This document shows, in pieces, positions 62,499 to 62,606 of a stretch of 62,606 nucleotides of DNA. Location of the stretch: positions 1 to 62,606 of the forward strand of contig VMEU01000004.1 of the NCBI GenBank assembly GCA_007375675.1, in the 5' to 3' direction. The position numbers and the translations under genes are program-made. The stretch comes from Parcubacteria group bacterium Greene0416_39. GTDB lineage: Bacteria > Patescibacteriota > Minisyncoccia > Minisyncoccales > UBA10102. Position 1 is the stretch's first letter; every line of letters begins with the position of its first letter. Under the pieces are notes generated by a model. That model worked only from the letters and a program-made list of their open reading frames with translations, was not told the DNA's origin and searched no databases.

Positions 62499-62606
62499 AT
62501 GGAAAAGAATAAACGTCTTATTGATATTCTTCCTCCGAAGAAAAAATCCCTGCCTGCCTCGCCGGCAGGCGGGCCAGCCGAGGCTTCAGTGAAGGCGGGC
62601 AAACCT
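62499..62606 (+). CDS. Partial CDS (5' end), hypothetical
   Basis: The ATG abuts the TIR. MEKNKRLIDILPPKKKSLPASPAGGPAEASVKAGKP... runs off the window and contains a GCCTGCC-TCGCC-GGCAGGC hairpin. Confidence 0.4.
   Translation, partial: MEKNKRLIDILPPKKKSLPASPAGGPAEASVKAGKP

Overview
The window looks like a small-genome, CPR/Parcubacteria-like bacterium. That placement is an inference from gene content: split transketolase, DUF5671 and DUF5679 proteins, no L30, and shortened ATP synthase delta and epsilon subunits. The code is standard, because TGA is used as a stop. Coding is dense, mostly on the + strand.

Gene content along the window:
- 1-8.1 kb: a surface DUF4430 protein plus a prenyltransferase-repeat protein, then a non-oxidative pentose-phosphate cluster (rpiB, rpe, split tkt, PfkB kinase, 2-hydroxyacid dehydrogenase, cupin).
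- 8.2-11.6 kb: a secreted-protein operon with a 9x cysteine-rich repeat protein.
- 11.6-12.6 kb: nth and pterin dehydratase.
- 12.6-17.6 kb: an accessory, nuclease-rich island (hairpin-flanked RAYT/IS200-like transposase, ASCH, HTH, two Cas4-like PD-(D/E)XK nucleases, a LAGLIDADG protein).
- 17.6-20.8 kb: pyrH, ychF, a cofE-like gene.
- 20.8-26.8 kb: the F-type ATP synthase operon.
- 26.8-30.8 kb: redox genes (grx, gdh, trxB).
- 30.9-36.5 kb: mixed genes, a 6S-like ncRNA candidate, a decayed ZnuB-like permease, tRNA-Pro and rpmB.
- 37.2-54.3 kb: the str/S10/spc ribosomal cluster through secY-adk-map.
- 54.3-62.6 kb: galT, tpiA, mnmA, alaS, maf and small orphan genes.

Main non-annotation signals:
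1. Six copies of an 81-91-nt palindromic element exactly fill intergenic gaps inside the ribosomal and ATP synthase operons. Its ~35-nt core is found in both orientations.
2. Short hairpin or palindrome cassettes sit in-frame inside housekeeping CDSs (rpe, pfkB, tpiA, the pterin dehydratase gene, the DUF4430 gene). One pair shows a compensatory stem substitution.
3. A cytidine-deaminase-like cassette with higher GC is inserted between rpsJ and rplC, with its own terminator. A new promoter and an attenuator-like leader follow it.
4. rplO is reduced to 55 codons, and L29 and L30 are absent from their usual slots.
5. -10 boxes recur 6-9 nt upstream of start codons, which suggests leaderless mRNAs. 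One case is a 22-bp back-to-back divergent pair.
6. A ~500-bp insertion is flanked by a duplicated rpe 3' end.
7. Two copies of an element bounded by terminal inverted repeats (TIRs).

All calls rest on reading the sequence and the ORF track. No database searches were run.
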